Below, piece by piece: positions 1-12,640 of a stretch of DNA of 64,000 bases; within the stretch, counting starts at the first letter, position 1, and every line of letters begins with the position of its first letter. The stretch covers positions 20,832,001 through 20,896,000 of the forward strand of contig OX597838.1 in assembly GCA_951406725.2 (NCBI GenBank), read 5' to 3'. This DNA comes from Octopus vulgaris (lineage: Eukaryota). The translations under genes and the position numbers were made by a program. Under the pieces are notes generated by a model. It did no database searches. It saw nothing but the letters and a program-made list of their open reading frames with translations, and was not told where the DNA came from.

Positions 1-639
1 TCATATAGGCTTTTGGTGCAAAATGTATGTTTGTGCATAATGCACACTTGACGGACTTCTAGTTAAGTTATCATTTTGTTGGTGTCCTAGGTTATGATGT
101 TGCTTTTGTGTAGTAGTTAGCTCATCTGTACTTTTAGCAACAAATGCAATATTTCCTGTAACATTGTCTGTTGAATCCAAGTTTCAACTTGTCATCTCTC
201 TCTCTCTCTCTCTTTCTATATATATATATATATATTATAGAGGGCATATATAGGTGGATTTTTTTCTCTTATAATATAAATAAATATATTTAAGTGAAAA
301 AATTGGTGGATTTTTTCTCTTATGAGGTTTTTCATGCTAACTACTTGATAAATTCTTATGAAGATTTTATCCTATTTTTAAATTGTAATATATATATATA
401 TGTATGATGGACTCTCCTATCATTAGATGACTTATTAGGGTTTCGACAATTTCTTACCGAACGACCACACAGATGATTTGTTTACACTGATCAAATGTTT
501 GTGTAGACATAAGCTCACTCCCTCCATCACTTCGACATTACCTGTACAGGTGCAAAAGGTGCCATATGCTAGATGTCGAAATGATTGCAGAGCAATGTGA
601 AATGAAGTGCTTTGCTCAAGAACACAATGTAAAAAACAC

Positions 640-985
640 CATTCGAGCATGATTGTTACCAGTGGCACTTGTGCCAGTGGCACATTGAAAACAACATTCG
701 AGCGAGGTCACTGCCAATGCCGCTGGACTGGCTCCTGTGCAGGTGGCACATAAAAGATACCATTTGAGTGTGGCTGTTGCCAGTACCGCCTGACTGGTCC
801 TCGTGCCGGTGGCACGTAAAAGCACCCACTACACTCTCAGAGTGGTTGGCATTAGGAAGGGCATCCAGCTGTAGGAACTCTGTCAGATCAGATTGGAGCC
901 TGTTGCAGCCATCTGGTTCGCCAGTCCTCAGTCAAACCGTCCGACCCATGACAGCATGGAAAGCGGACGTTAAATGACGATGAGG
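640..985 (+). mobile_element. SINE-like retroposon family C (ggcacgtaaaagcacc repeats; 3' tail ...gcatggaaagcggacgttaaacgatgat)
   Basis: Near-identical copies at about 2655-3132 (+), 23300-23780 (+) and 43105-43460 (-); diverged copies at about 5600-6040, 9215-9790 and 46930-47090. (GAT)n tail. Confidence 0.8.
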
Positions 986-1295
986 ATGTATGTAGTATTC
1001 TGTTCAGATTCATATGTCAGTATATGAAATATAATTTTATACTTATAAGAAATTAACCGTGAGTTATTGGCAGTTTTTTTGCAGCCCTTCAAAGCTATTA
1101 TCCTCATTTATTTAACTTGTCTAGCTGAGTCTGTTTTACCTTGCTACCCAACATACCTATCAGGAGTAGCTATAACTACTTCAACATTTCCGAAACTCAG
1201 TGATGTGTATGTGTAGTCAGCTCTGTAATATTGCAATTATTTTGACTATGTTATGAATTTATAATTGTTTTGTTCTTTTCCACTGTATTCCACAG

Positions 1296-1354
1296 CTGGT
1301 GAAGCTTTGTTCCAGTATGATTGAGACAGGAAAAGCATTTCATACTGCAAGCAA
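1296..1354 (+). CDS. ACAP: ACAP/centaurin-beta ArfGAP, BAR-domain coding exon (first visible; upstream exons lie outside the window)
   Basis: Pyrimidine tract + CAG acceptor, 59 nt, GTAAGT donor. Translates LVKLCSSMIETGKAFHTAS(N), matching the ACAP2-type segment LVKLCIAMIDTGKAF. Ends in phase 2. Confidence 0.93.
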
Positions 1355-1399
1355 GTAAGTTGCTTTTGATATTCTCTTTTTCATCTTTTCCATCCATAC

Positions 1400-1880
1400 A
1401 CCCATCTACACCACCCACTATTCCTAGGAGGGTTGTAGGGGTAGATTCCCCAGGCTACTCCTACTCCATAGGATCCTATCAGAAGCTTTCATATTTATGC
1501 TTTTGGGCTGGATTTCCAAGCACGATCAACTGAGACTGTGGATATTATCCAACCATCTGGTTCTTGGTCTACTCTCAGGACCAGTGTCATGGTCTTTTGT
1601 AGTGCTAATTCTCTTCCCTGCTTTGCAACACTTGGCAGTGAACTCATTCAATGCATGCTGGAAATCACTTTCTGATGAGCTTAGTAGCACCATGTCATTA
1701 TCATCAGATATCATCTGACTGGTTCTACACTCATCAATTATGATACCACTTTCAGAGTGGCTGCACAAGCCAATCCAATCCAATCCAGTTCATAAAAAAT
1801 TATGAAAAGGAAAGGTGACAATATGTACCCCTGCTGCAGTTCAGCACCCATGTTGAACAGTTTCTACTCAACACCATTTC
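1400..1880 (-). mobile_element. Degenerate RTE-like LINE reverse-transcriptase fragment
   Basis: Minus strand reads QGYILSPFLF...NWI and DDMVLLSSSESDFQHALNEFTAKCCKAGKRISTTK, i.e. the RT QG..LSP and (F)ADD..L regions, with disruptions. A related 3' fragment lies at about 8830-9200 (-). Confidence 0.7.
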
Positions 1881-1919
1881 TGCAAGGACAAACATCTGGG
1901 CATTCATATTTTTGTTTTT

Positions 1920-2447
1920 GGTGGAATTCTGGTTTAAGCATTTTCAGAAAATTTTTGCAAATTTGTGTTGTACACATGAGAGTTCATATGATTATGAAAA
2001 AAAAAAAAAATAAAAAACCCCAACTGTTTTTGTGTGTGATTTAAGGGAATTTAGCTGTTGTTTTTAGCACATCTCACAACCACCTGATACCATCCTTGTT
2101 TCTTTGTCACTCTGACATGTATTGATGTTTTTCAATATTTTTCTCCCCATAAACACATTTAATGGAATAACGATACACCCAAGGGTGGTCCATTCATGTG
2201 ATTTAACCAAAAATTTCAAATTGTTCATATTTTAAACTCTGATTAAAAAAGAATGCATTCAAAAACGAGCAAAGCTTTTAGAATTTAAGGAGGGTGTTGG
2301 AGTTCAAAAGATTTTAAAAAAATTTTTGTTTTTCATAATTGAATAAATTCCTGTGTGTAGAGCACAAATTTGTAACACTTTTCTGAAAATTCCAAACGAC
2401 TAAAAGTTATGTGGGGTTATAAGGGGTGCTTAAACCAGAATTCCACC
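1920..2447. mobile_element. Non-autonomous TIR DNA transposon, unclassified
   Basis: Perfect 21-bp terminal inverted repeats GGTGGAATTCTGGTTTAAGCA ... TGCTTAAACCAGAATTCCACC, flanked by T runs. Confidence 0.75.
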
Positions 2448-2601
2448 TTTTTTTTTTCTTCTAAAATGAAGCTGCATTTTCAGTTAGATATTTCTATCGA
2501 TTGATGCTGTATTGTATCCATTTTGTCATGGTTCATTGAATTTTATTCCATTAGAGAATATTATACTTTTGTGTTCTTGTAACATATCAACTACTGCCCT
2601 T

Positions 2602-2658
<57 letters not shown>

Positions 2659-3778
2659 CGAAATTGAACCAAATTCGATGACTGGCATCCGTGTAGAGCG
2701 CTAATAGCTCCATCTGAGCAGGATCACTGCCAGAGCAGTTGTCTGGCTTCCATGCCAGTGGCACATAAAAAGCACCATTTGAGCGTGATCGTTACCAGCG
2801 TCACCTTACTGGCACTTGTGCCAGTGGCTCGTGAACAAAACATTCGAGCAACGTTGCCAGTGCTGTGGGACTGACTCCTGTGCAGGTGGCACGTAAAAAA
2901 AAACACCATTTGAGCATGGCCGTTGCCAGTACTGCCAGACTGGCCCTCGTGCCGGTGGCACGTAAAAGCACCCACTACACTCTCGGAGTGGTTGGCATTA
3001 GGAAGGGCATCCAGCTGTAGAAACTCTGCCAGATCAGATTGGAGTCTGGTGCAGCCATCTGGTTCGCCAGTCCTCAGTCAAATCGTCCAACCCATGCTGG
3101 TATGGAAAGCGGACGTTAAACGATGATGATGATAGGTGTGAAATTGTAAGGACTTTTGAGATGATAATTGATGAGGAATGAGCATGTCCATATCTTTCTG
3201 TGTGTGTGTGTGTGTGTGTTTTGTTCCTGTGTTGTACTTCTGTTTAATTTTTGAAACTATTTATAACATGTGTATGTATGTATGTATATATGTACAGATA
3301 GACGGAGAGACATCTCCAAAGTAAATAGTCATCATTTTTGAAAGATTTATTTCGAGAATCAAAATGATGTCCTTTGACACTTTTCAATACTTAATCCTTT
3401 ATTTAGTAGACATGCCTTGTGCAGAATACATTGACACCGTTTGAAGCATCAGGCACTGTCCACACAGATAAAGTGGTACAAAGAGAGGTGTCTATTTATT
3501 TTACAGATATGTATGTATGTGTATGTGTAGATATTAAAATTTGTATTGACTGTAACTTAGAATTTTGCTGCTTAACAGTGTATTTAATGGTTTACTTGAA
3601 TAAACAATGAGGTGAAATTTTAGGTTCCAGTCAAATCGAATTTTGCAATATATTTGCCTCAACTCTCAATACAATTACTCACTCTATAAGTAAATGTTCC
3701 ATCGTTATTTCTTAACTAGCTTTAAGACAATTAAGAAATATATATATATATATGTGTGTATATATATATGTATATATA

Positions 3779-3960
3779 GGCGTAGAAGTGGCTGTGTGGT
3801 AAGTAGCTTGCTTACGAACCACATGGTTCCAGGTTCAGTCTCACTGCGTGGCATCTTGGGCAAGTGTCTTCTATAGCCTTGGGCCGACCAAAGCCTTGTG
3901 AGTGGATTTGGTAGACGGAAACTGAAAGAAGCCCATCGTATGTGTGTGTGTTTGTGTGTC
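3779..3960 (+). mobile_element. SINE family A, head-only copy just upstream of an exon
   Basis: ggcgtagaagtggctgtgtggtaag...ggttcagtc tRNA-like A/B boxes; ends at the internal microsatellite. Confidence 0.85.
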
Positions 3961-4014
3961 AAAAGTAAATCTGCTTCCAACTCAGTATATATATATATAT
4001 CACTCTCTCTTTCT

Positions 4015-4096
<82 letters not shown>

Positions 4097-4139
4097 CCAT
4101 ATAATAATGTTTTATTTCATTTTCTCTTTATTATCTTAG

Positions 4140-4200
4140 TGGCTTTGTTGGAGGTGTGCGGGACCTCGGCCAGTATTTCAAGGACGATGATTTGGCCTCT
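4140..4200 (+). CDS. ACAP: ACAP BAR-domain coding exon
   Basis: TAG acceptor after a T-rich tract, 61 nt, GTAAGT donor. Completes the AAT codon, then GFVGGVRDLGQYFKDDDLAS (compare ACAP2 QFMNGIRDLAQYSSNDAVVE). Ends in phase 0. Confidence 0.92.
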
Positions 4201-4835
4201 GTAAGTATAATTTTAATTAGTCAATCATTATCATATTCTGATTTACATCAAATTATTTTTCTTATTTTTATTCCTTTCTGTTTTTGGTATTGATCCCTTC
4301 ATTTTCTCGAGTCCTCCCTCTCGTGCACCTCTGAAGCATAAAGCAGCAATGTTTATACTTCGAACATATAGATTAGTCTGTCAGATGCAATGCTTATATA
4401 TTCACCTTGATTTGAATTAATCCAATTGTCTCATAGCTTTGAGATTTCAATGATGTGATTGTTTATTTATAGAATGATATCGTAATGTAAGTGCGAAAGG
4501 CTGGATCTAGCCAGTTTGAACAAAACAAAGTAGAATATTTGGGCCAAATATGGCCCATTTAAATGCTAAAGGTTTAGTAATGGCATAACTGAACAAGCGA
4601 CTGAATTATTCTGTCATTAGAAATACTAATTAGCTACATATTATACTAATAATGGTTTCTTTTTATTTATTAATATGCTGTACAATGTATTATACATTGT
4701 AAATGCTTATATATTGCTACCTCTACTCACCCATATTGGCTCTACACTTACTGCTCCTCCTTCTCTCTATCATCAAAGCTGTTTCCTTTGAGCAAACAGC
4801 TGCATTGTTAAGTAACGAGGACTCTCATCAGAATG

Positions 4836-6080
4836 CTTTAGCATTTAAACGAGTCATATCTAGCTCAAATAGTCTACTTATCCAGCTTCTCACACATACT
4901 CTACCATGTCATTCTAAAAGCAATCAGTTCCGTCATTGAAGTCTCAAAACTACAAGTTAATGCATGATTAACTCAATACAATGTGAGTATATAATATATT
5001 GGGTTGTCCGGAAAGTTTGTGCCGATTTTTAAAGGAAAGGAAAAAGGTCAATAAATACTTGCCATATAATTTTTAATCAACCAAATATGAACCATTTTGT
5101 TGCACAGTGCGTCTCCATCTTTCCTTTAACTTGAAAATACCCTCTTCCCAGAATTGATGTGGTTTCACGGCAAAGAATTCACCAAGGTATCTTTGTACGT
5201 CATCCAAGGAATTGAAATTTTTACCATTAAGACTATTCTGCAAAAACCTGAATAAGTGGAAATCTGAAGGAGCAATATCTGGTGAATATGGAGGGTGGGG
5301 TAACACATCCCAGCCGAGCTGCAGCAATTTTTGTCTGGTTCCCAAAGCATCAAGTGCCGAAAATGAACTTTCTTATCTTCCATTTTAAAGGGTTACAAGT
5401 TTAATACAGGTTATAGGAACATAAACCTTCTTCCATGAAAAGATAGCTTAAACTGTGCTCTAAATGGAGGTGTAGTCAAATCCTATTTTATGGACTCAAC
5501 CATATTCTAAAATAAGTCGAAAAGTAAGCTACTACAAATTGGCATGAACTTTCCGGACAACCCAATATTTATAGATAAGATATGTAGCACATTGCTGTAC
5601 TCAAGAAGATCCACCCACCATAACAGAACTGAGATTCTAAAACCAAGGTGCCATATAAAAAGCATTGGTGTGGGTGCTGGTGCCACATGAGAAGCATTAG
5701 TGATGGTGCCACATAAAAAGTACGCTGTGTAAAGTGGTTGGCATTATCCCTAATGAGAGAACTGAGATATGCAGTGCACTGCTATGCTCAAGAAGACCAG
5801 CCCACCACAACAGAGTTGAGATCCTAAAACCAAAGTGTCACATAAAAAGCACTGGTGATGGTACCATGTAAAAAGCACCTGGTACACTCTGGAGTGTGGT
5901 TGGCATTAGGAGGGACATCCAGCTGTAGAAACCAAGCCAAAACTAACCGTGGAACGTGGTGCAGCCCCTGGCTTTATCAGTTCCTGTGAAACCATCTAAC
6001 TCATGCCAGCATGGAAAATGGATGTTAAATGATGGTGATGAGCATTAAATTTGACAGTCATCTAAATGTTAAAGGGTTAA
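4836..6080. mobile_element. piggyBac-like MITE (cctttagcattt...aaatgctaaaggg ttaa family) split by a mariner and a SINE
   Basis: Left part is the reverse complement of family copies at about 4370-4575 and 31635-32085. The right terminus ctaaatgttaaagggttaa resumes after the insertions. Confidence 0.55.
4999..5565 (-). mobile_element. Internally deleted mariner element
   Basis: TIRs TTGGGTTGTCCGGAAAGTT.../...AACTTTCCGGACAACCCAA with TA on both sides. Transposase N-terminus MEDKKVHFRHLML joined directly to the C-terminus GWDVLPHPPYSPDIAPSDFHLF (YSPDLAP motif). Confidence 0.95.
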
Positions 6081-7960
6081 GGGATATAAGGCAACTTCAC
6101 CAGTCCTGGTATCCTGATAAAATACAGCCATTACTCTTTGTAGAGTGTTTGGCAAATGAGTGGCAACAAAGTAGGGTTGAGCAGACCCTTTATTCCTGTC
6201 AAAGACATGACAACTTTTCTCCTACTGGTACTACAAGTAAATGCATGCAGTATATTTTTTAGTGCTTGATGAATTAGTGGAAACAATGTCAGGTTAAAGG
6301 GACCATATTTCTTGTCCAAGAACATAACCTCTTCACTGCTTGAGGTACAATGAAATGCACTCAATACTCTTTGAAAAGAGGTTGTGGGATAGTGTGCTCA
6401 TCCAACTGTAGAAACCGAGCCAAAAATAAAATGTAAGGGCAAGATGTGATCCTCCAACTTGTCTAGGAGGGTCTGTAATGCTAAATAAAAATTGACTTGG
6501 ACTGTACTAATCTGCAGGGTCTGTCAGCATTGACAAAAATGATAAAGTGGTGGAGGTTGATTTGTGTTTTCACACAAAAGAAAATAAAATAATAAATTCT
6601 GCAATAGAATTTTTTTTAATAAACTTTTAGGGGAATGTAAGATAATGTTTTTGGAACTGTGAATCTTGAAGCACATAACGGTATAAACAATGATGGTACT
6701 CTGTCAATTACAACAGCAAAGGTTCCAGTTCATCTGATCAATGGAATAGCTTGTTCATGAAATTACGGTGCAAGTGACTAAGCACTCCACGGGGACATTC
6801 AGGGTGACACAGAATGTGACAAGGCTGGCCCTTTGAATTGTAGGTACTACTCACTTTTGAGAACTGAGTAGACTGGAGCAGTTTGGAATAAAAAGTCTTG
6901 CTCAAGAACACAAGGTGCTGCTGGCAATCAAAACAGACACATCTGGCTTAAAGTAAATCTCAGAAAGAGTATGATTATCAGCTGAGTGGACTGGAGCAAT
7001 ATGAAATAAAGTGTCTTGTTCAAGGACGCAATCTGCAGCTGGGAATTGAAATTTTGACCTGATGACTATGAGCTGAATACCCTAACTACTACATCACACA
7101 GCTTCACTATAAACAATAGGGTTGAAAACCCTGTTTGGACAGATGTGATTTGATTTTACTGTTCCTAAACACTAATTTTACATTTCTTTTTTTATTGAGT
7201 AATTCATCATTATATTCTGTGGCAAGGATAACAAAAGCATTGTTGTGAAAAACAGCTGGTGATATCCATTGCTTCAACCACTCTACTTAACCGGATTCCT
7301 TTTTCAGGCATAATGGCTTCCTTCCAGTTTGACGGAGGGCTGTCGGTTTGAAGATTTAGGACACCGAAGATCTCAATAGTGACAGAACTGTACTAACAAC
7401 TTATGTTTAGTCATCTTCTGTTCTTCTGCACTGTATGTGACTGGGTTGACATTGGAGAACATATCACGTGTGAGTGACCCGATTAAACAACTTATCCCTC
7501 TTGAAACAGGAAAAAGTGTTTACCCATCAAGATAATCTGTGTTTGGTGTTGTTGAGGTCAGTAAGCTTTAGCTGTGACCAGAAACATACAGCATTGAGGC
7601 TCCTTTTCAGTGTAGCTTGGCAAAGGAGGTATCTCATACTGTAATGACCAGAGGTACCCATTTGCAGAGCTTCAAAGCAAATACCACAAGGTATTCTATT
7701 CGCTACTCTAATGACCATGCCAGTTTTCCATCTTCAAAATGCATTTGTGTATGCGTGTGTGTGTGTGTGTGTATGAGAGAAAGAGAGAGACAGACAGACA
7801 TGTATATGCTTGTGTGCGTATGTATGTATACACACACACACATATAAATTTAAAATAATAAGGATGAAAAATTGAATATTAATTTGATTAATATCAATTT
7901 AATACCAGTGGTCTAACATATTGAAAAATCTGAAGATTCAGAAAAAATTTATATTACATA

Positions 7961-8106
7961 CATATAAGTGAGATGACCACTAAGTGGACATCCATTACGC
8001 TAAAAGTAGACCCCCTTTGGTCTTACCAGCTTTCTTAGTGGTAAGACCAAAGGGGATCTACTTCTAGCATAATAAATGTCCACTTAGTGGTCATCCCTCT
8101 TATATG
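7961..8106. repeat. Fold-back inverted repeat (about 65-70-bp arms)
   Basis: catataagtgagatgaccactaagtggaca...ctttggtcttacca versus tggtaagaccaaagggg...tgtccacttagtggtcatccctcttatatg, with a short loop. Confidence 0.85.
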
Positions 8107-8122
8107 TGTGTGTGTGTGTGTG

Positions 8123-8165
<43 letters not shown>

Positions 8166-10033
8166 CACAGGCACACACACATTTATATGTACATTCATAT
8201 GTTTTGGATTTTGTTGAACCATTCAGCCCATGTCAGCATAGAAGATGGATGTTATGCTATGATGTGTGTAGGTGGGAGGTGTAATCCATATATGACCAGT
8301 CCTGTGGAAACATTGCATTCCTGAAAATGTTTGTAGAATTCCAATATGTGCTACCTTTTTTCCTCGTGACTTCCATCCAACATGGAAGTTAATGGGAAAT
8401 TGATTCCCTGTTATGGAATTTCACATTACGCCAAATTTTCAAGAACACAACGTTTCTGTCATGTAGGGACACCTGCATATGTAGTATGTTGTAGATGTAT
8501 ATAGTGTTGTTACTTGTTCCTGATACCCAGGTTGGCACTGATTCACCATACTTATGATCAAAGTTGTTCCAGCTTTGGAGAATCTTTTTTTGAGTCCTAA
8601 TGTACCTTGGACTACACTATCCAGTCTAACTTTCCTGTAGTTGCAAGTATTTTAAAATCAATCAGAAGTTTTGAACGCAAAATTGAATAACATTATTTCT
8701 GTCACTCTACCAATTTTGTCACTGGTCCCTGCTGCTGAAATGCCAGAGATCTATAACCATTTTGATACTAACCTGCTTGGTACCATCTTAATTTTTATGG
8801 TAGAAAGCTCTGTATTTTAAAGTTCCATTCATCTTCTCCACTCATTGTTACTAGGAAGGTTGCGTGGATAGTGTTGACCTCAGGCACCTCATCCATAAGC
8901 TTCTGTCAGAAGAAGCTGTCTTTAGATTTTCTGGCTGAATTCCCAAGCATGACGAATTGAGACTATGGATATTATCTAATCATCTTGTTCTTGGCCTTTC
9001 CCTTGGTCTCCTGTCAGTTGGCTCAGCTTGAAGAATTCATCTTGCGATTTTTTTTTCCACAACGTTCTTACTACTTGTCCATAGTATTGGAGCTGTGACC
9101 TCTCAGAACAGAGTAGTAGTGGATTGACCTTGAAAGATTCAGTGATCTCTAAGCCACACTCTCTTGAGTAACATTGCTCCATTTCAGTTGTTAGTATTTG
9201 AGATTGTACTCTTGTGGTGCCAGTACCACATAAAAAGCACTTGTGGAAATGACATGTAATAAGCACTTGTCGTAGTTCTATGTAAAAAGCACTTGTGGTG
9301 ACACCATATAAAAAGCACTTGTGGTGGTGCCATGTAAAAAGCACTCATGCCAGCACTGCATTCAGGGCACTCGTGCCAGTGTCACATTAGGAGCACTCAT
9401 GCCAGCACCAGGCAAGAAGCATTGCTGCCATGACCATACAAGAGGCACTCATGCCAGCACCACATAGGGAGTACTCATGCTGACACCATGTGAGGAGCAC
9501 TGGTGCCAGTGTCATATATACAGTGCCGGTGCCGTGTAGGAATCACTTGTGTTGGCACCGCATAAAAAACACTAATGCTGACACCATTTAGAAACACCTG
9601 TACCAGTGCCATATAAAAGGCACCCAGTACACTTTGTAAAGTGTTTGTCGCTAAGAAGGGCATCGATCGGTAGAAACTATGCCGAATCAAACAAATGGAA
9701 TCTGGGCATTTCTCCAGCTAGCCATCTCGTGTCAAACTGCCCAACCCATGCTAGCATGGAAAATAGATGTTAAATGATGATGATGATGATGCAGTCAACA
9801 CCCAACATTCACAACCACATTTAAATTACGACCTACCATGAATTTATGTAGGAAGTTATGTTCGAAACACTGGCTTGAGAAAGGAAAAAAGTTATTTTAT
9901 CAAATCCCTCCGAGTTTATAAATATTTTCAAAGGTAATTAAAACATCTAGATTTGTGTATTTCTTTAGAAATAAATAAGGTCGTGAAAGATCTTTGGAAA
10001 AAAAAAAAAAAAAACCAAAAAACAAACAAAATA

Positions 10034-10174
10034 TAAGGTTGTCCCAAAAGTTCGTAGAAAGTCTTGGAAAATAATGGTCTTAATTTTGAGGAATAATTTT
10101 TGTTGTTTTTGTTAGTACTTGGCGAGTAAAAATTCAATTTTCGCAAGTGTTTACGAACTTTTGGGACAACCTAA
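10034..10174. mobile_element. 141-bp mariner-type MITE
   Basis: TIRs (T)AAGGTTGTCCCAAAAGTTCGTA / TACGAACTTTTGGGACAACCTAA, TA-flanked; TIR resembles the mariner at 4999. Confidence 0.85.
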
Positions 10175-10484
10175 TATATTCCCTTGTTGAACTGTGTCAA
10201 AAATGAATTGTATGCCTGGCAGGAATATCCCTCACCTTTGTACATTCTTTACATAGCTTCTCTCCAGCAGGAATTCCTGCTGATTAAAATTCTATTACAT
10301 AAAAAAAAAAAAAATTATTCAAAAAATGCTGAGCTGATTTTATGCACAGAATATTATTTATAAGTCTGTAATCTTGGAAACGATCTCGCTTTCCATTTTA
10401 ACAGGATTGTAGATTACAGATGCCATGGAAATCACTTTCTCTCTTTCTTTCCCTTTGTCTCTCTCTCTGTCTTTCACTTTTACC

Positions 10485-10517
<33 letters not shown>

Positions 10518-11378
10518 CGTTTCTCTGTCTGTCTGTCTCTCCCCCTCCTTTCTTTTTGTATGTTATCTTATTTTAAGGTTCTGTGGTTTTCTGCTGAGTT
10601 TATCTACAGTTTTTGATAACTCGGTGTATTTGTGTTTCTGTTCTTTTTTTTCACTTGTTTTTTTTTCATTGTGCGTATGGGTGGGTGTGTGTGCTTGTGG
10701 GTAGGTAGGTGTATGGCATATAAAGAGAGAGAGAGAGAGAGAAGTAATGTAGGTACCTTTTTTCCTTCTTTTCAACACTTTCTTAAATGCCTGAACTTGA
10801 AACTTTTGCTTTAGATTTTTGTCTTGCCAAATTGTTTCCAGTTCTTCAAATACGTTCTTAAAGCGGAATTGGTTCCAATGTACTTGTAAATAGAACATTA
10901 TGGTAACTGTGTTAAGCTGGAACCTGGTATCATTAGATTCTAAAACTTCTGGTTATTATTGTTTCACAGACTGCCTCTATCTTACTGCTAGTGTGCCCGT
11001 ATGTAGTCATTCACCCCGCTAGAAATGGCAGCTGAAAATCTCAAATCATACCCATGTGCTTTAAAAAAAAAAGCCCCATTGGATGCAGTATACTAGATAT
11101 ATTTACAACAAGCTTAAAAGCTGCACTCTGGCTTTTCATCTGTTACCATACAACAAATCCTCATCCAGACCTGATTCCAATGCTGGATGTTCAAAAACCA
11201 AATGAAGGGCAGATTTTCAATCTTGGGATCATCCTGATTCCAAAAAGGTATAACTTATCTATGTAGAGTAAATGTAGACTGAGATAGAGGGGTCCCGGAC
11301 AGACAGAATTTCACATTTGTTATTATAGATTTAGTTCACCCTCAGCTTTCTTGGTGCTACTAGATTTTCAATAGCATA

Positions 11379-11799
11379 GGCGTAGGAGTGGCTGTGTGGT
11401 AAGTAGCTTGCTTACCAACCTCATGGTTCTGCGTGGTACCTTGGGCAAGTGTCTTCTACTATAGCCTCGGGCCGACCAAAGCCTTGTGAGTGGATTTGGT
11501 AGACGGAAACTGAAAGAAGCTTGTTGTATATGTGTGTGTGTATGTGTGTGTATGTATATATATATATATATGTGTGCGTGTGTATATGTTTGTGTTTCTG
11601 TGTTTGTCCCCCCCAACATCGCTCGACAACCGATGCTGGTGTGTTTACGTCTCCGTAACTTAGTGGTTCGGCAAAAGAAACCAATAGAATAAGTACTAGG
11701 CTTACAAAGAATAAGTCCTGAGGTCGATTTGCTCGACTAAAGGCGGTGCTCCAGCATGGCCACACTCACATGACTGAAAAAAGTAAAAGAGTAAAAGAG
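11379..11799 (+). mobile_element. SINE family A, full length (tRNA-derived head, internal TA/TG microsatellite, (agtaaaag)n tail)
   Basis: Further copies at about 11850-12090(-), 13425-13840(+), 24081-24360(+), 25150-25515(+), 25598-26000(+), 37311-37715(-), 38840-39228(-), 43846-44343(+), 54320-54705(-), 55930-56270(-), 59038-59380(+), 59710-60170(+) and 60721-60870(+). Confidence 0.92.
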
Positions 11800-11917
11800 C
11801 TTATTTTATTGATCTCTTCTGCTGATCTGCTAAATTAAGGGGACATAAAAAAAAACACTTGTCAAATAGTAGTGGAGGGCTCTCTTTCTTTCTTTCATTT
11901 TTTCTTCCTTCCTTCCT

Positions 11918-11981
<64 letters not shown>

Positions 11982-12254
11982 ATTTAAGTACAACAGGCTT
12001 CTTTTCAGTTTCTGTCTACCAAACCCATTCACAAGGCTTTGGTCGGGTCAGGACTGTACTGGGACTGAACCTGAAACCATGTGGTTAGGAACCATTCACC
12101 CATACCTGGATAATTTCATTCAATCAAAGTATTCCATGTTCGCTACATTACACATGCGGCATCCTACAGATCGGTGCAACCCTACAATTTTTTTTTTTTT
12201 TATTTGTTCAGTTAAGCAGCCTGGTGTGAAAACTTGTGGGGTTTATTTGGGTTT

Positions 12255-12640
12255 GGATGGAAGCACTCCGTCGGTTACGACGACGAGAGTTCCGGTTGAT
12301 CCAATCAACGGAACAGCCTGCTCGTGAAATTAACGTGTAAGTGGCTGAGCATTCCACAGACACGTGTACCCTTAACGTAGTTCTCGGGGATATTCAGGGT
12401 GACACAGAGAGTGACAAGGCCGGCCCTTTGAAATACAGGTACAACAGAAACAGGAAGTAAGAGTGTGAGAAAGTTGTGGTGAAAGAGTACAGCAGGGATC
12501 ACCACCATCCCTGCCGGAGCCTGATGGAGCTTTAGGTGTTTTCGCTCAATAAACACTCACAACGCCCGGTCTGGGAATCGAAACCGCGATCCTACAACCA
12601 TGAGTCCGCTGCCCTAACCACTGGGCCATTGCGTCTCCAC
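12255..12640 (-). mobile_element. tRNA-derived SINE family D (tggaggcgcaatggcccagtggttagggcagcggactc...)
   Basis: A/B-box head. The same head occurs at about 32655-32952(-), 40151-40450(+) and 41679-41985(+) with different 3' tails. Confidence 0.85.

Noticed and set aside
7250-7740. Coding-like minus-strand sequence (WKTGMVIRVA...)
   Set aside because: Multiple stops; possibly a decayed LTR-retrotransposon tail, but too degenerate to call.
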